From Candidatus Dojkabacteria bacterium UBA5749 (GTDB lineage: Bacteria > Patescibacteriota > Dojkabacteria > SC72), in the NCBI GenBank assembly GCA_002419125.1, contig DIFL01000038.1, forward strand, positions 982-28,097: a stretch of 27,116 bases of DNA, read 5' to 3'. The stretch's first letter is position 1, and each line of letters opens with the position of its first letter. The notes below the pieces were generated by a model that was given only the letters and a program-made list of their open reading frames with translations, was not told where the DNA came from and searched no databases. The position numbers were made by a program, and so were the translations under genes. Positions 25,746-27,116 of this stretch are shown piece after piece.

Positions 25746-26180
25746 CTATTTTTTGCTTAGCCATTTGTAATCCCCGGCCTTTCTTACCAACCCATCGCGT
25801 ACGGGGTTTTGCCTCAAATATGCACGTGTTCGTATGAGATCCTTTTTGTATGGTAGGTAGTTGGCGTTGTATCTTCCTTGGAAAGCATGTCCTACTCTCT
25901 GGTATTTTCTGTTTATCTCCATGGCAAAAGTACCTATTACCTTTTGCATATATTTAGGTAAGGCTTTTGTGTTTAAAGGAGTTTTAATTATCAAATGGAA
26001 GTGATTGTCCATTATGCAATATGTATCGACACTGATATTACATTCATTTTTATATTTGAAGAGAAGGCTTAGGAAAAGTTGCTTGTCAGCAGGGGCCTTG
26101 AGTATGGCCTCTTTGTTGTTGCCACGGTTGAATACATGGTAGAAGCTGTTGGGCTTAATATCGCGCAAGGGTCTGGACAT
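25746..26180 (-). mobile_element. REP-associated tyrosine transposase (RAYT, Y1_Tnp/IS200-like HUH nuclease), 144 aa
   Basis: Preferred ATG 26180: MSRPLR...FYHVFNRGNNK..I....D...F, YCIMDNHFHLII (HUH), GHAFQGRY, AYLRQNPVR.GLV (catalytic Tyr, YxxxNP). Confidence 0.93.
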
Positions 26181-26226
26181 AGGGAAATGATAGCAGGTCG
26201 AGATTAAATCGGGGTTAACTGGGGTT

Positions 26227-26267
26227 GGGAAAGGGTCTGACCCTTGAGGGTGGCGGGATTGGGAGAA
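26227..26267 (-). repeat. Right REP-like unit with perfect palindrome AAGGGTCTGACCCTT (26231-26245)
   Basis: 15-nt palindrome 50 nt upstream of the RAYT start, inverted relative to 25705-25740. Confidence 0.7.
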
Positions 26268-26478
26268 AAATGGTATCATTGTGAAGTCCTGTATTGTCAT
26301 AGTTATTGATTAGGACGGGGATAAGAAATGTTGAATTGTTTCGAATTAATGAAAAATTTTATGAGTTTAATTGAATTAAATATATTAATGGATAGAGTGG
26401 TTCCGGGTGGTCGGAATCTGTTGTAATTATTCAATTTTCTTTACCCCAAAAAAGTTTTAAATTTTTAACAATACTCAT

Positions 26479-27116
26479 ATGGAGTTAATTATTGGTATTG
26501 TCGCAGCTTTGGTAGGGGGTGCTTCTATGTTCTCTTACTTAAAATTCGCAAAAAAATGGGTCAATGTTAAGGACATCCCAGAAGAGGAAATTGCTAGAGT
26601 TGCTGACAAGCTCATCTCAACAAAGATTGAGGAAGCAGAAAAAGAAATTGAAGAGAACAAAAAGAAGTCAGAAGAACGTTTAAGAGAGCTTAGAAAGGAG
26701 ACCGATGAGCACGAGGAACTTCTTTTAGAGAGAGAGAAGAAGTTAAACGAAAGAACTAAAATGATGGACAAAAAGAGTGAGGAGCTTGAGGTTGCAACTG
26801 AGTCAGTTAAGAAGATGCAAAGGGGTTTAGATAAGACTAGGATTCAACTCAAGGAGGAATTAGAAAGGATTTCTGGTTTAACTCAAGAGGAGGCGAAACA
26901 GAAGTTGATGAGTCAGGTTGATGAAGACATGAAAGATTACGAAGCCAAGAAGATAAGACTGGCAGAGAAACATGTGGAAGAGATTGCAGACGAAAGAGGT
27001 AAGGAGATTTTGGTTGAGTCTATGCAAAGGATTGTAACAGACTATGTAGGAGAAACTACTACTTCAACGATAAAGATAGAAGACGACAAAGTTAAAGGTA
27101 GAGTAATAGGAAAAGA
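26479..27116 (+). CDS. rny: Ribonuclease Y, 5' part (truncated by the window end)
   Basis: My translation: MELIIGIVAALVGGASMF (TM), long coiled coil, LERISGLTQEEAKQKL, KEILVESMQRI, ETTTSTIKIEDDKVKGRVIGK (start of KH domain); not in the ORF track. Confidence 0.95.
   Translation, partial: MELIIGIVAALVGGASMFSYLKFAKKWVNVKDIPEEEIARVADKLISTKIEEAEKEIEENKKKSEERLRELRKETDEHEELLLEREKKLNERTKMMDKKSEELEVATESVKKMQRGLDKTRIQLKEELERISGLTQEEAKQKLMSQVDEDMKDYEAKKIRLAEKHVEEIADERGKEILVESMQRIVTDYVGETTTSTIKIEDDKVKGRVIGK

Noticed and set aside
26167-26178. Third REP copy (AAGGGTCTG-GAC) at the RAYT start
   Set aside because: Only a 9-nt match, explained by the conserved M-x-R-P-L codons; it does not form the palindrome.
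26181-26300. 40-aa N-terminal extension of RAYT called by the ORF track
   Set aside because: Pro/Ser-rich read-through of the C-rich REP region; RAYT homology begins at MSRPLR (26180).
26301-26478. 6S RNA upstream of rny, as found in some phyla
   Set aside because: The region is too AT-rich and lacks the long rod with a central bubble; only a short hairpin is supported.
1-27116. CRISPR arrays, tRNA/rRNA genes, introns or inteins, programmed frameshifts, prophage genes
   Set aside because: No regularly spaced repeats, no tRNA or rRNA signatures, and all core genes are uninterrupted and near normal length.

Overview
AT-rich bacterial chromosomal window (roughly one-third GC by eye), standard code 11. 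It is almost certainly Patescibacteria/CPR (inference): rpmD/L30 is absent, Shine-Dalgarno motifs are absent, extended -10 promoters dominate, and core proteins are highly divergent. A Dojkabacteria/WWE3-like lineage is plausible but cannot be proven here. Order: a 3'-truncated RpfB-like G5/lysozyme-like gene (minus strand, missed by the ORF track), a TPR lipoprotein, fusA-tuf without rpsL/rpsG, then a fused S10-spc-alpha ribosomal superoperon (no intact rpmC, rpmD, map or truA) ending in rplM-rpsI. After that come a DUF4349 gene, an RNase P RNA with a stripped catalytic domain, an orphan ORF, fmt, queA-tgt, a REP-associated tyrosine transposase (RAYT) between inverted REP-like units, and the 5' part of rny. 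The most interesting signals are: (1) the guanine-specificity motifs G4 and G5 are altered in both EF-G (NKIN) and EF-Tu (NKFG, GNAL); (2) the RAYT locus has inverted REP units, one encoding the tgt C-terminus, each with a strand-specific C-rich halo; (3) a minimal RNase P RNA; (4) rpmC is replaced by a promoter overlapping a possible L29 remnant; (5) a long structured element upstream of infA.
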